Assembly (NCBI GenBank): GCA_964397675.1
Contig: CAYNKI010000001.1
Location: 1-56,841 of the forward strand
DNA: 56,841 nt
Source: an uncultured Pirellulales bacterium
GTDB lineage: Bacteria > Planctomycetota > Phycisphaerae > Sedimentisphaerales > Anaerobacaceae
Reading direction: 5' to 3'
Shown here one piece after another: positions 56,790-56,841 of the stretch. The notes beneath the pieces were generated by a model. The model worked only from the letters and a program-made list of their open reading frames with translations, was not told where the DNA came from and ran no database searches. The position numbers and the translations under genes are program-made. Every line of letters starts with the position of its first letter. Within the stretch, counting starts at the first letter, position 1.

Positions 56790-56841
56790 ATACCTCAGAT
56801 TATCTACTCAAAGTACATAAAAAAATAATCCAATAGTCTAA

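Overview
This 56.8-kb window is almost entirely a flagellar regulon from a diderm bacterium. P-ring and L-ring genes are present, but I cannot assign a taxon from the sequence alone. Layout: (i) + strand, 0.2-13.6 kb: sigma54 promoter, flgB-flgC-fliE-fliF-fliG-fliH-fliI-fliJ, a YlxF/MgtE-N-like gene, motA, two tandem motB paralogues, fliO-fliP-fliQ-fliR-flhB. (ii) 13.7-14.7 kb: a FliB-like CxxCxxCC protein. (iii) - strand, 14.7-27.7 kb: fliD plus a flagellin-modification-type island with its own sigma54 promoter. The island holds one 2085-aa protein with 3 methyltransferase and 3-4 glycosyltransferase modules, two TPR-glycosyltransferase fusions and a TPR protein. (iv) - strand, 27.8-40.4 kb: sigma54 promoter, flgD-flgE-(membrane PilZ protein)-flgF-flgG-flgA-flgH-flgI-flgJ-like-flgN-like-flgK-flgL. 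(v) + strand, 41-56 kb: sigma54 activator, sigma54 promoter, two TPR proteins, a second sigma54 activator, fliL-fliM-fliN-flhA, a small membrane ORF, fliA, small ORFs, two lipoproteins, an flgM-like gene and an HPP-family protein. I did not recognise flagellin, fliK, fliS or flhF/flhG. The most unusual content is not a gene. The window is saturated with nested families of small palindromic repeats. The dominant one is an 18-bp palindrome in two forms that differ by compensatory changes: PAL-A (TCCCGATGTACATCGGGA) and PAL-B (TCCCGAAGTACTTCGGGA). I count about 59 copies by eye, roughly one per kb. About three quarters lie inside conserved flagellar ORFs, in frame. No reading frame of the palindrome on either strand contains a stop, so it reads PDVHRD / PMYIGT / RCTSG (A) or PEVLRD / PKYFGT / RSTSG (B). 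PAL-A also sits 79-83 nt upstream of three of the five sigma54 promoters. Further families are: ~100-nt composite hairpins with A/T-rich arms of 7-nt periodicity and an exchangeable GC core (8 copies, mostly intercistronic), other heptanucleotide-periodic hairpins (several inside CDSs), and three GC-rich hairpin families. In places these elements appear to supply start codons, stop codons, C-terminal tails and possibly a lipoprotein signal peptide. All coordinates and counts were derived by reading the sequence and have not been confirmed computationally.
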